Of a stretch of 64,000 bases of DNA, positions 1 to 10,560 are shown in pieces; the stretch's first letter is position 1, and the number at the start of each line of letters is the position of its first letter. Source of the stretch: Alphaproteobacteria bacterium (GTDB lineage Bacteria > Pseudomonadota > Alphaproteobacteria > GCA-2731375). The notes beneath the pieces were generated by a model that was not told where the DNA came from, made no database searches, and worked only from the letters and a program-made list of their open reading frames with translations. Both the position numbers and the translations under genes were made by a program. Where the stretch lies: positions 192,001-256,000 of the forward strand of contig CBDDBZ010000038.1 of assembly GCA_965225945.1 (NCBI GenBank). The letters are read 5' to 3'.

Positions 1-1879
1 CCATCGGCGTCGCGCCGGGGGCGGCGGAATATGCGCTCGTTCTGCAGGCCGGCTCGGCCCTCGACGGCAAGCTGGTGGTGCCGCTCGCCGATTTCCTGCT
101 CGGGGCCGAGTTCACCCGATCGGGCATGAACCTGGAGATCCGGGGCCAGGACGGCACCCGGGTACTGATCCGGGACTATTTCCAACATGACGAGGTGGCG
201 GACCTGTGGACGCCCGGGGGCGCGGTGCTCTCGGGCGAGCTGGTCGCGCGCCTGGCGGGCCCGGTGGCGGAAGGCTGGGCCCAGGCGGCGGGTTCGCCCG
301 CGCGCCCGATCGGCGTCGTCGAGCAGGTGGTCGGCGAAGTGCGGGCGGAGCGGGCGGACGGCGCAAGCGTCTTGCTGACCGAGGGAAGCTCGGTCTTCCA
401 GGGCGACGTGGTGACGACGGGGGCGGGCGCGCGGCTCGGCATCCGCTTCGCCGACGACACCGCCTTCGCGATGGAGGGCGACGGGCGGATGGTGCTGGAC
501 GAGCTGGTCTACGACGCCGGCTCCGGGTCCGGCTCGGCCAGTTTCTCGATCCTGCAGGGCGCCTTCGTCTTCGTCACCGGCCAGATCGCCCTGAGCGATC
601 CGGACCGTTTCGAGGTGAAGACGCCGCTGGCGACGATCGGCGTTCGGGGCACGGTGTTCGGCGGCGTCCTGGGCGAGCGGCTGGACGTCTATTTCGACGA
701 CGGCTTCGGCTTCGTCGTGAACCAGGCGGGCCGACAGGATATCGACGAGGGCCAGAACCTGACGGTGCTGGCGGCCAATCAGTTGCCGAGCGTGCCGGTG
801 GCGACGCCGCCGGGCCTGTTCGACCAGATCTTCACGCTCTCGCTGGGGGTCCTTCCGATCACGCCGTTCACGCCGCCGGGCCGACGCGGCGACATCCAGG
901 ACGGCGATCAGCCCGACCAGCAGGAGGCCACCGCGCCGACCACGGGCTTCGTCGAGGCGACGACCGAGGCCGGTGACGCGACCGCGGGAGGGACGATCAT
1001 CCCGGTCGTAGTCCCTGTCATTCCGCCCCCGCCCCCGTAGTCCCTGTCATTCCGCCCCCGCCCCCTGTCATTCCGCCCCCGCCCCCTGTCATTCCGTCCC
1101 CGCCCGTAACCAACCAGGGCACGACGTCGGATCCCTTCGCCGGCACGGCCGGTCCCGACGAGATCACCGGTAGCGCCGGCGCCGACAACATCACCGGCCT
1201 TGGCGGCGACGACACCCTGACCGGCATTGCCGGCAACGATACCATCGACGGCGGTGCCGACAACGACTTCATCGACGGCGGCGGCGGCAACGACACCTTG
1301 GACGGCGGCGCGGGCAACGACGTGATCGTCGGCGGCACCGGCACCGACACCGCGATCTTCAGCGGCGGGCCGGCCGATTACACCTTTGCGTCTGCGTCGG
1401 GCAGCGTCATCGTCGAGGGCCCGGACGGCAGCGACACGCTGACCGGCGTCGAGTTTCTGGAGTTCACCGACGGGACCACCGCGGCGCTGATCAGCAGCGC
1501 GATCGAGCTCGCGGGTGGTGTCATCAACATCGCCATCGTGCTCGACACCTCGGGTAGTATGATCAGCAGCATCGGTTTCACCGACGTCGACGGCAACACC
1601 GCCTCGGTGCAACGTATCGTGGCGTTGAAGAACTCGACCATCGCCACGCTGACGGATCTGGCGAATTCGGGGGCGGAGGATGTCCGCGTCAACATCGTCG
1701 AATTCAACTCGTCCGCGTTGGTCCTGGGCACCTTCGACCTGATCAGTGGCGGTACGCCGAGCACGGGCCCGGGCAGCCAACTAGAGGCGGCTATCAATGC
1801 CGTCAACGGCCTCAACGCCAGCGGCGGCACCAACTTCACGGCAGGTTTGACTGCGGCCGAGGAATTTATCGGTTCTGCG
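1..1879 (+). pseudogene. FecR-domain / RTX-repeat / VWA secreted protein, frameshifted and truncated
   Basis: Frame open from window start with FecR-like region (TPLATIGVRGT). A 29-bp duplication (1008-1036/1037-1065) shifts frame. The next frame has GGxGxD repeats and VWA motif IVLDTSGSM, cut at the IS4 end. Confidence 0.8.
1008..1105 (+). repeat. Pro-rich linker tandem repeats (ctgtcattccgcccccgcccc) incl. exact 29-bp duplication
   Basis: Read directly; encodes VIPPPPP units. Confidence 0.9.
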
Positions 1880-2846
1880 CACAGTACACGACTCGTTCAT
1901 GCTGGCTTTGGCCTGGGCACCTGGACTGGTGGTTTTCCGGGGACGAGGAAACGAATCAGCTCAATGGCTTGACGCCTGTCGATAGGATTGACGAGCTGTC
2001 GCCTTATCCACTCGAAACCGTATCGGAAGATGGATTTTGCCATCCTTTTGTGGGTTTTGAGGCGGATCGGCTCGGCCTCGTGGAGCCAATCGCCGACTTT
2101 GTGCGCCCAGCAGAAGGTGATGGAAAGGACGGCGGTGAGCTTGGAGATGCGCTCCGGGTCGGTCATGTGGGTGTCTTCGAGGTTGAAGCCACGGGTTTTC
2201 AAGGCGGCGAAGAGGGTCTTGATTTGCCAGCGCTGGGCGTAGATGGCCAAGGCCTCCTCGGGCGCGTCGTTGGTCACGACGATCAACAGTTCGCCGGTCT
2301 TGAGATGGAGCGCGGCGACGAAGACGGGCCTGGCCTTGGGTTTTCTGGCCTCCGAGAGGCGCCTGGCGTTGGAGAGGATGCGGCTTTCCCCGGGTTTGAG
2401 GTCGCGAAACAGCTCCCTCGCCTTGACCATGCGACCACGCGTGTTGGCGATCTTGATGTTGGATCGGATGCGGATGTGAAAGGGGATGGCCTTTTCCTGC
2501 AACCATGCCAGCCAGGCGTCGCCGATGAATTCCCGGTCGGCCAGGAGGCTGGCGATCTTGTCGACCCCGAAGAGCCGGAGGACGTGTTCGAGGATCGCGA
2601 TCCGCTCCTTGGTATTGGAATTGCCCGCCTTGTCGAGCACCCGCCAGCACACGGGAATGGCGATGGCGCGGTTGACGATGCCGATCATCAAGATGTTGTA
2701 ACTACCCAGGTACCCCGCTCCTGACCGCGAGAGGATGATGTAGGTGGTCGCCGGGGCCGGGTTTCCGCCGCCGCGTCGTTGATCGTCTCTTGACTCCATA
2801 GAATCGGGCGTCTATGGGTTGCGCTCTCGTGTGACGGGAGCGGCGC

Positions 2847-3512
2847 GTGGAATATTTTGGGTCGAAGGCGACGAGCGGTCTGTGCCAGGCGCTGATTGCG
2901 CTGATGCCGCCGCACAGCGTTTACATCGAGAGCCACCTGGGGGGCGGTGCGCTGATGAAGCGCAAGCCAACGGGCGTGCGCTCGATCGGCATCGACCGCG
3001 ATGCGCAGGCGCTCGAGGCCTTTGCCTGTGACTACCCGGTCGAGTTGGTGCATGGCTGTGCCCATGCCTTTTTGGCCTCGTTCCCGTTTCTGGGCCCGGA
3101 GCTGGTCTACAGCGATCCCCCCTATCTGCACGCGACCCGCCGTTCGGCACGGCGCTATCGCTTCGACTACGAGGAGGTCGACCATGTCGCGCTCCTGGAC
3201 CTGCTCAAGGATCTGCCCTGCCAGGTGATGGTCTCGGGCCATCCCTCGGCGCTCTATGACGAGATGCTGGCGGGCTGGCGCAGTCTGGCGCTGCAGGTGA
3301 CGACCCAGGCCCAGGTGCGGACCGAGGTCGTGTGGTTCAACTTCGCGCCCGACCGGGTGCATTGGGCGAGCTACGCAGGCCGGAACTTCACCGACCGCCA
3401 GCGCATCAAGCGTAAGGCGGCCAACTGGGGCCGGCGTTACAAGGCCTTGCCGGCGGGCGAACGCCTCGCGGTGCTGGCCGCCATGATGGCCGTCGATGCC
3501 GAGGACCCGTGA
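2847..3512 (+). CDS. Dam-like N6-adenine DNA methyltransferase
   Basis: YFGSK, ESHLGGG (motif I variant), DPPY; overlaps transposase start (GTGA). Confidence 0.85.
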   Translation: MEYFGSKATSGLCQALIALMPPHSVYIESHLGGGALMKRKPTGVRSIGIDRDAQALEAFACDYPVELVHGCAHAFLASFPFLGPELVYSDPPYLHATRRSARRYRFDYEEVDHVALLDLLKDLPCQVMVSGHPSALYDEMLAGWRSLALQVTTQAQVRTEVVWFNFAPDRVHWASYAGRNFTDRQRIKRKAANWGRRYKALPAGERLAVLAAMMAVDAEDP

Positions 3513-5047
3513 CGCTGTCGCGCTGGCACGAGGACCTCGCCGCCCATGACGAGGCCTTCGCGTGCCTGCAAGATCTTCTTGACCCCTCATCCTTCGCAAT
3601 CACAGTCGTCAAGGCCTTCCGGGAATGGGGCCAGGGGCTGTTGCGCCTGGCCACGGCGCTCGTCCGGGAGAATGCCGCGCTCGAGCGGGAGAACGCGACC
3701 CTGCGGGACCGCATCGCCGAGCTCGAGCGGAGCGCGGCGCTTGACAGCACCACCAGCAGCAAGCCGCCCGCCAGCGACGGCCTGCGCAAGAAGAGCGGAA
3801 CCCAGAGGCGCACCCGAAGCCAGCGCGGCAAGTCCGGCAGGCCAAGCGGCGGCCAGCCGGGCCACAAGGGAACGACGCTGGCGCGGACCGAGAGCCCGGA
3901 CCATGTTGTGGATCATGACCCCTCCGCCTGTTCGGGCTGCGGCGCACCGCTGTCGGACGCCGACCGTCACCGCGCGCCCGTCTGTCGACAGGTCTTCGAT
4001 GTGCCCGAGCCACGCCCCCTGGAGGTCACCGAACACCGCGCCCATCGCTGCCTCTGCGGCGCCTGCGCCACCGTGACAGGAGCCGTCTTCCCGGACGGCG
4101 TGACCGCCCCGGTCCAGTACGGGCCACGCATCACCGCCTGGGTGAGCTACCTGCTGTACGCCCAGTTCGTTCCCGAGAAGCGCTTGGCCGAACTCATGAG
4201 CGACCTCTTCGCAGTGTCCATCTCCACAGCCACGATCACCGCCATGGGCCGGCGAATCGCCAGGCGCTTCGAGCCCTTCCTCGCCCATGTCGCAGACGTG
4301 ATCCGCACAGCGGTCCCGGTCAAGCACCTCGACGAAACCGGCCTGCGGATCGCCGCCCGTACCCGCTGGCTCCACGTGCTGTGCACCCCATTCCTGACCG
4401 TCCTGCGCATCGGCGCGGGACGCGGCGATGTCGAAAAGGACCTCGAAGGCATCCTCATCCATGACGATTACGCCGCCTACTTCACCCTCAAGGGCGTGCG
4501 CCACGGCGCCTGCAACGCCCATCACCTGCGCGAACTCCAGGCCCTGATCGACATCGAGAAGGAAGACTGGGCAAAGAGCATGCACCGCCTCCTTGAGCGC
4601 GCACACAGGGCTACCCGCTTCTCCCGTGAGAACGGCCGCGACGTGCCCGCCTCCCTGGTGGCCCGGATCTCGCGGGCCTGGGCCCGCATCCTCGACCACG
4701 CCATCGCCTTCCACGAGGCGCAGCCGCCGCTCCGGACCGGCAAGCGCGGACGAAAGAAACGCCGCATCGGTCATAACCTCGCGCTCCGCCTCCGCAAGCA
4801 CAAGGAGGGATGCCTGCGATTCCTCACCGACCCGCGCACGCCGTTTACGAACAATGAGGCCGAACGTGACCTCCGAATGGCCAAGCTGCGCCAGAAGATC
4901 TCCGGTGGCTTCCGCTCCGAGAGGGGTGCCTACAACTTCGCCAGAATGCGTGCCGTCATCGCCACCGCCCGAAAGCAAGGCTGGAACGTCCTCCAGACCC
5001 TGGTGCATCCCGATCCGATGCAACTAATCCCCCAACTGCGCCTCTGA
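3509..5047 (+). CDS. IS66 family transposase (single-ORF ISBst12-like)
   Basis: Coiled coil, SSKPP, GGQPGHKG, CxxC zinc finger, DETG, NNEAERDLR. Confidence 0.92.
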   Translation: MTLSRWHEDLAAHDEAFACLQDLLDPSSFAITVVKAFREWGQGLLRLATALVRENAALERENATLRDRIAELERSAALDSTTSSKPPASDGLRKKSGTQRRTRSQRGKSGRPSGGQPGHKGTTLARTESPDHVVDHDPSACSGCGAPLSDADRHRAPVCRQVFDVPEPRPLEVTEHRAHRCLCGACATVTGAVFPDGVTAPVQYGPRITAWVSYLLYAQFVPEKRLAELMSDLFAVSISTATITAMGRRIARRFEPFLAHVADVIRTAVPVKHLDETGLRIAARTRWLHVLCTPFLTVLRIGAGRGDVEKDLEGILIHDDYAAYFTLKGVRHGACNAHHLRELQALIDIEKEDWAKSMHRLLERAHRATRFSRENGRDVPASLVARISRAWARILDHAIAFHEAQPPLRTGKRGRKKRRIGHNLALRLRKHKEGCLRFLTDPRTPFTNNEAERDLRMAKLRQKISGGFRSERGAYNFARMRAVIATARKQGWNVLQTLVHPDPMQLIPQLRL

Positions 5048-5555
5048 GAACACCGGCACCGCTACCAGCCCGGACCCCCACGATCCCTCACATACAAACG
5101 CTCGGGCCAATCAGACCTGGGTAGTTACAAGATGTTGACGTCGCGGCGACCCAGCCGCCAGTTGGTCCGGTCCATGGTCAGCCGCCACGGCCCCGCCTGG
5201 AGCCCCATCATCGCGACCAGGAACTCGGCGAGGCGATCGTAATCGAAATCGACTTGCTCGAAAAACCGTTGCAGGCGCCGATAGTTGGAGCTGGATCGCG
5301 CGCGCCCCGGAAAGTGGCAGGCCAAGTGAGAGAGGTTCACCGTCCGGGCGACGAACACGCCGAAGACCAAGACGCAAAGGCTCTCCAGACGGCTCTTGCG
5401 AAAGGCGAAGCCGCATCGTAGCGTCTCACGCAGGGCGTTGATCGGGTTGTCGCGCATGATTTCCCTCTTGACTCGTCGTGGAGTGAATCGGGAATCCTAC
5501 ACCCTTTTCAACGTCCTACGTAAATGCCGTCGTGTACCATGGTCGGCGGGTCAAG

Positions 5556-5718
5556 TTCCCTGTTATGCAGGGAAATTACAGGGAAAATTGCCGAATTTGG
5601 CCGATATCGGCGGAATCGAGGCCTCAATCGCCGCAGTTTTCTGCCGTTCTTGATGCGATTTCCCTAACCACCCGAACAGGGAATTATGTCGCCGTATCAG
5701 GGAAACAGCAGGGAATTT
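5556..5718. repeat. Cluster of CAGGGAA/TTCCCTG direct and inverted motifs
   Basis: About 7 copies in 160 bp of non-coding DNA. Confidence 0.65.
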
Positions 5719-6298
5719 GTCCTTGCACGGCCAACAGGTGATTTTACCCGCTCAGCGCCTTCCGGTCCCTGCTCGGAATCGCTGGCGATGTCACCGCTCC
5801 CACTTCCGCGGAGCTTTACTCGGGCGATTGGGAGCACCCTAAATGTCGTGGGTGTGGGTGAAAACCGGAGAGGCACGCCTCAAGATTTGGATGCGCTCTC
5901 GCCACTGTCACCAAATACGCGGCGGGCCGTCAGTATTGATCTGTAGATGCCGTCGAGCCGCTCGTCAGCAACGATTTTAACGGAACCGGTATAGCAGAGA
6001 TTGTCCATTAATATGCGAACCAAGCTGCGGCGATTTTCCATCGTCTCGTCATCCGACAACATGGTTTTGGTAGATAGCGTCGTATCGCTTAGGGAGTTTC
6101 CTGGTGTCGGGTGCATTGTCCGTGTCCTCGGGCGGCTGTCCGATTGCCTCGTGGTGACTTGTAAATGGTTGGTCCGCACCAACCAGCAAGTGATCGCGGT
6201 CACGTCACATGCCGCGACGACCGCCCCTAGCAAGGCGCCGACCCCCCCCCAGCGGTTGTAATCGGCGGAGCAAAAATACACCACTGAGGCGGCCGGGT

Positions 6299-6506
6299 TG
6301 TCTGGCTGCGGGCGGAGAGAAAATCCGCCACTGGGTAGCCTTTCATCGTCTGGATGGAAGGCTGGAGGATGTACTCAGTGGACCTTTACCTGAAGATCCG
6401 GCTTGCGTGTCGGCATGACGGCCTGAGCGGGCGTGAGGCGGCCCGCCAATTTGGGGTTGATCGGAGGACGGTGGCGAAGATCCTGGCGAAAAAGGGTGTG
6501 CTGTGA
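6299..6506 (+). pseudogene. IS21 left end and istA N-terminal fragment
   Basis: MYSVDLYLKIRLACRHDGLSGREAARQFGVDRRTVAKIL from 6369; IS21-like end motif upstream. Confidence 0.7.
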
Positions 6507-6913
6507 GATGGACGACTTTCACCCGCGCATTCAATGATGCGGGATACCCGACCGAGAATGCGCGAGGCCTTTGGGCCGCGATTACAGAGGACGGTTGGCC
6601 AATAATCACCGTCTGGGCAGAGCGCGCGCGCAGAGAAGGGGATCAATTCGTCCTCGTCGATGATCGCGGAGCAGACCATCCGTCGCGCGAGGCCAGGGGC
6701 TGGGCCAGAAAGGCGAAGGCGCTGCAGTGGGCAGTCGATGAAAGGGACGGCGAATGTCGCGTGGTCTACGTTTATGGAGAGCCAGGCGGGATAGATCGCC
6801 CCGGCAAACCAGAAGGTGCGACCTACAAAGGCGTATGGCGCGTGACGTATTACGATCCGGCATCCGGCGCACATCGGATCGAGAGTGTGGACCTCCAGGG
6901 AAAGTGTTTGTAG
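6503..6913 (+). CDS. Hypothetical protein
   Basis: 136-aa ORF with protein-like composition; start uncertain. Confidence 0.5.
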   Translation: MRWTTFTRAFNDAGYPTENARGLWAAITEDGWPIITVWAERARREGDQFVLVDDRGADHPSREARGWARKAKALQWAVDERDGECRVVYVYGEPGGIDRPGKPEGATYKGVWRVTYYDPASGAHRIESVDLQGKCL

Positions 6914-6931
6914 GGCCTCGCGTATTGCGCC

Positions 6932-7249
6932 ATGGTCGAAGCCAACGCGGACAGCATCGCCGCCGAGGCGGCCGAGCTGCATGGCCTTGACCTGTCGGCC
7001 TCCCGTCCGGCTCTCGTGGTCGCCGCGCCCGACGACTACTGGGCCGGGTACCTGGGCCACCCGAGGGCCGGACGGTGGCTCCTGGCCCTCCGGAGCTTGA
7101 TTGCGGGCCTATCCGACGCGTTGAGCATGGAGGCGCACCTCGTCGCGTTGCAGGATGCTGACTTCGAGATGGGCCTCGGCGGCCAGCCCGCCCGACTCAC
7201 CGGCGAGTGTCGGCTACTGTCGGTCGACCAGCTGCTGGACAGCCGCTGA
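6932..7249 (+). pseudogene. C-terminal fragment of hypothetical protein coupled to downstream nuclease
   Basis: TGATG overlap with next gene; homologous remnant at 37095-37470. Confidence 0.5.
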
Positions 7250-8280
7250 TGTCCTCGGACCACAGCAGCTATGTTTCGGCTGTCGTCGCCCGGCTGTGGG
7301 ACTACGCGGGGCGTGAGTTCGGCGACCAGCCAGAGCTGCTGGAGTCGGCCGAGCCGTCGCCGACCCGCCCGCCAGTGTTCGCCGCCGGCGCCGCCGAGCA
7401 CAACCTCCTGTATCCGTCGGACGCCCTGGCTGAGGTCCGGCGGGCGATCGTCGACGCCATACCCCGGGCCGAGCGACACCGCCACTTCGCCAGCATGCGT
7501 AGCTCGCAGGCTCTGGCGCAAAGCGTCTTCGGATCGCTCGTGGCGCTCGGCAAGGTGGGCATGCTGGCTGGCCTGACCACGGACGACGGGCTGCCGGCGT
7601 TCTTCGACGACGTGGCGCGGAGTCACGTCCAGATGGAATACGCCGTCGGTCATCTTGGCGAACCGAGGCCTACCCAGTTGGACGTGTGGTTCAAGGGGGA
7701 GCGTCGGGTCGCGGTCGAGTGCAAGTTCACCGAGCCGGAGTTCAATCGGTGCTCCCGACCCACCATGCGGCCGGGCCGTGACAAGAACTACGAGCGCGAC
7801 CACTGCGACGGCACCTATACCCGCCAGCGCGGGCGGCGGGCGCGCTGCTCGCTGACCGAGATCGACGTCCGGTACTGGCAGCACCTGCCGGAGCTGTTCG
7901 ACTGGCCTCCGGACCGGGACATGAGCCCGTGCCCGCTGCGCGGCACCTACCAGCTGGCCCGAAACGTCCTCGCCGCCTGCGTCCGGCCAGACGGGACGGT
8001 CGACGTCGGGGGCGGCCATGCCCTGGTCGTGTACGACGACCGCAACCCGGCCTTCCGGACCGGGGGCGAGGCCGAACAGCAGCGGTCGGCGGCGATCCAT
8101 GGGCTGGCCCATGCCGGTCTGTTGCGCCGCTGCTCCTGGCAGAGGCTCGCAGGGCACATCGTTCGGGCGTCTGGACTGAGTTGGCTTGTCGATGGGCTCG
8201 CAGCCAAATATGGGATCGAGCCATGTCGGGAGTTGGGGGTACAGTCCCCGTCAAGCAGACATGGTCCCCAGGCTCACTGA
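7249..8280 (+). CDS. PD-(D/E)xK putative restriction endonuclease (PGN_0703-like)
   Basis: SSQALAQSVF, PTQLDV, VECKFTEPEF, YQLARN; last codons run through the palindromic site at 8223. Confidence 0.65.
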   Translation: MSSDHSSYVSAVVARLWDYAGREFGDQPELLESAEPSPTRPPVFAAGAAEHNLLYPSDALAEVRRAIVDAIPRAERHRHFASMRSSQALAQSVFGSLVALGKVGMLAGLTTDDGLPAFFDDVARSHVQMEYAVGHLGEPRPTQLDVWFKGERRVAVECKFTEPEFNRCSRPTMRPGRDKNYERDHCDGTYTRQRGRRARCSLTEIDVRYWQHLPELFDWPPDRDMSPCPLRGTYQLARNVLAACVRPDGTVDVGGGHALVVYDDRNPAFRTGGEAEQQRSAAIHGLAHAGLLRRCSWQRLAGHIVRASGLSWLVDGLAAKYGIEPCRELGVQSPSSRHGPQAH

Positions 8281-8286
8281 TAGCCA
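8223..8286 (-). repeat. Palindromic site type A, occupied by recombinase+IS91-like element 1
   Basis: Minus strand tggcta...gacggggactgtacccccaactcccgacat. Confidence 0.75.
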
Positions 8287-8410
8287 TAGAACGAAACCGC
8301 TTTCAGCGGTAGTTCGTGGTGCCGGGCGGTGAGGTCGGTGGCGTAACGGATGGGTCGATCCTGTGTTGAGGTTTGGAGTTCCGAAGCTCACGCAACACGG
8401 GAGCAGACCC

Positions 8411-9316
8411 ATGACCGATAGTGACAAGACCATCAGCCCGCTGCGCCAGCGCATGATCGACGACATGGTGCTTCGCGGCTTCAGTGCCAACACGCAGCGC
8501 GGCTACATCAGTGCGGTGGCCGGCTTTTCCGACTTTCTCGCACGCTCTCCGGATCGGGCGGAGGCGGAGGATCTCAGGCGCTATCAAGTGCATATGCGCA
8601 AAGCAGGCGCATCGGCGACGACGATGAACGCGGCGGTCTCGGCATTGCGGTTCTTCTTCGGCGTCACGCTCGGCCGAGGCGACGCCGAGATCGGCATGAC
8701 GACGGTGGCAATGCCGCGCAAGCTGCCGGTGATCCTGAGCGTCGAGGAAATGGCGCGGCTTCTCGATGCCGCCCCCGGTCCCAAATACAAGGCGGCCTTT
8801 TCGCTGGCCTATGGCGCCGGCCTGCGCGCTTCGGAGGTGGTCCATCTCAAGGTCCCGGACATCGACAGCAACCGCAAGACGCTTCGCATCGAGCAAGGTA
8901 AGGGCCGCCGAGATCGCTACGCCATGCTCTCGGATCGCGCCGTCGAGCAGCTCAGGGTCTGGTGGTTGCTTGGCCGCGCCCGCGGCGTGATGCTGCCCGG
9001 CGGTTGGCTGTTTCCAGGCCAGAACCCGGTCAACCCGTTGACCACCCGCCAGCTCCGTCGCGCCCTCGATGGCGCCAAGGCGGGGGCGGGGATCGAGAAG
9101 CGGATCTCGCTTCACACGCTGCGCCACTGCTTCGCCACCCATCTCCTCGAACAGGGCGTCGACATCCGCGTGATCCAGGTTCTACTGGGGCACAAGAAGC
9201 TGGAGACCACGGCTCACTACACCCAGGTCGCCAGCACCACCTTGCGGCGCGCCAAGAGCCCACTGGACCTGCTCGAGCCGCCGACGCCCAAGACCAAGCG
9301 CAAGCCGCCGAAGTGA
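8411..9316 (+). CDS. Tyrosine recombinase (integrase)
   Basis: GLRASE, HTLRHCFATHLLE, LLGH, TTAHY; ATG at 8411 after RBS. Confidence 0.93.
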   Translation: MTDSDKTISPLRQRMIDDMVLRGFSANTQRGYISAVAGFSDFLARSPDRAEAEDLRRYQVHMRKAGASATTMNAAVSALRFFFGVTLGRGDAEIGMTTVAMPRKLPVILSVEEMARLLDAAPGPKYKAAFSLAYGAGLRASEVVHLKVPDIDSNRKTLRIEQGKGRRDRYAMLSDRAVEQLRVWWLLGRARGVMLPGGWLFPGQNPVNPLTTRQLRRALDGAKAGAGIEKRISLHTLRHCFATHLLEQGVDIRVIQVLLGHKKLETTAHYTQVASTTLRRAKSPLDLLEPPTPKTKRKPPK

Positions 9317-9329
9317 GCCGGCGGCCTCG

Positions 9330-10544
9330 GTGCCGCGTCCCGCGCTCGAGGTCCAGGACATCTTCCGCGACCACGGGCCCGGCTTCCGTCGGGCCCGGGC
9401 CGGTCGTCTGAGCCTCGGCCAACTGAAGGTCATGTCGGCGATCGAGTGTTGCCGCACCGCCGCGCTCGGCGGTCATGTCGCGGCCTGCGAGGACTGCGGG
9501 CAGAACCACATCGCCTACAATTCCTGTCGCAACCGCCATTGTCCCAAATGCCAAGGCCAGGTCGCGCGCGAATGGCTGGCGGCGCGAGAGGCCGAACTGC
9601 TCTCCGTCCCCTACTACCATCTCGTCTTCACCCTGCCAGCGGCGATCGCCGACATCGCCTATCAGAACAAGTCGGTGATCTACGATATCCTGTTCAAGGC
9701 GAGCGCCGAGACCATGCTCACCATCGCCGCCGATCCCAAGCATCTCGGCGCCAAGATCGGCATCACCGCCGTGCTCCACACCTGGGGCTCGGCCATGACC
9801 CACCATCCCCACATCCACATGATCGTGCCGGGTGGCGGAATCTCACCTGACGGTAGCAGTTGGATCTCTTGCCGGCCCGGCTTCTTCCTGCCCGTCCGCG
9901 TGCTCTCGCGCCTCTTCCGCCGCCTCTTCATCGAGAAGCTCCTCGCCGCCCACGAGGCAGGGCGCCTGAAGTTCTTCACCGACCACACCAGCCTCGCCGA
10001 GCCGGCGGCCTTCCGTGTCTTCCTCGCACCGATGCGCAAACAAGAATGGGTCGTCTACGCCAAGCCGCCCTTCGGCGGACCAGAGGCCGTGCTCGCCTAT
10101 CTCTCCCGCTACACCCACCGTGTCGCCATCTCGAACAGCCGCCTGGTCAGCTGCGACAGCCAAGGCGTCATCTTCAAGTACAAGGACTACCGGCGCAAAG
10201 GACGCGAGCGCTACAAGACCTTGCCCCTGGCCGTGCCCGAGTTCATCCGCCGCTTCCTCCTCCATGTCCTGCCCTCGGGCTTTCACCGCATCCGCCATTA
10301 CGGCCTCTTCGCCAACGGCGGTCGCACCCGCAACATCTCCCTTGCCCGCGAACTGCTTGCCATGCCGGCACCGGAGAGTGAGGCCGACGATGCCGCGAGT
10401 GACGATGATACCGAACCGCCGTCCCTCTCAGAGCCCTGCCCGCAGTGCGGCGGCCGTATGATCGTCATCGAGCGCTTCGAGGCCGGCGCCCAACCACGCG
10501 CCCCGCCCCGTGCACGGCCCCTGGCCAGGGCCACGGCAGCATGA
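9330..10544 (+). CDS. IS91-family (Y2/HUH) transposase with Zn-binding N-terminus
   Basis: SCRNRHCPKC, HPHIH, YLSRY. Confidence 0.93.
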   Translation: MPRPALEVQDIFRDHGPGFRRARAGRLSLGQLKVMSAIECCRTAALGGHVAACEDCGQNHIAYNSCRNRHCPKCQGQVAREWLAAREAELLSVPYYHLVFTLPAAIADIAYQNKSVIYDILFKASAETMLTIAADPKHLGAKIGITAVLHTWGSAMTHHPHIHMIVPGGGISPDGSSWISCRPGFFLPVRVLSRLFRRLFIEKLLAAHEAGRLKFFTDHTSLAEPAAFRVFLAPMRKQEWVVYAKPPFGGPEAVLAYLSRYTHRVAISNSRLVSCDSQGVIFKYKDYRRKGRERYKTLPLAVPEFIRRFLLHVLPSGFHRIRHYGLFANGGRTRNISLARELLAMPAPESEADDAASDDDTEPPSLSEPCPQCGGRMIVIERFEAGAQPRAPPRARPLARATAA

Positions 10545-10560
10545 CCGACACCGCTTCGAA

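Larger units (their letters stand above)
2698..5128 (+). mobile_element. IS66-family element with DNA methyltransferase passenger (copy 1)
   Basis: IRs gtaactacccagg/cctgggtagttac; 8-bp TSD AAGATGTT at 2690-2697 and 5129-5136. Confidence 0.93.
1880..5541 (-). mobile_element. IS4 family (ISAba1/IS10-like) element, split by an IS66 insertion
   Basis: Ends cacagtacacgac / gtcgtgtaccatg. Transposase halves 5457-5129 and 2697-1897 rejoin as DRTNW...NILMIG...ADREFIG. No matching target duplication. Confidence 0.85.

Noticed and set aside
2847-8280. Methyltransferase + nuclease as one restriction-modification system
   Set aside because: The methyltransferase lies inside an IS with its own TSD, and its second copy has no nuclease.
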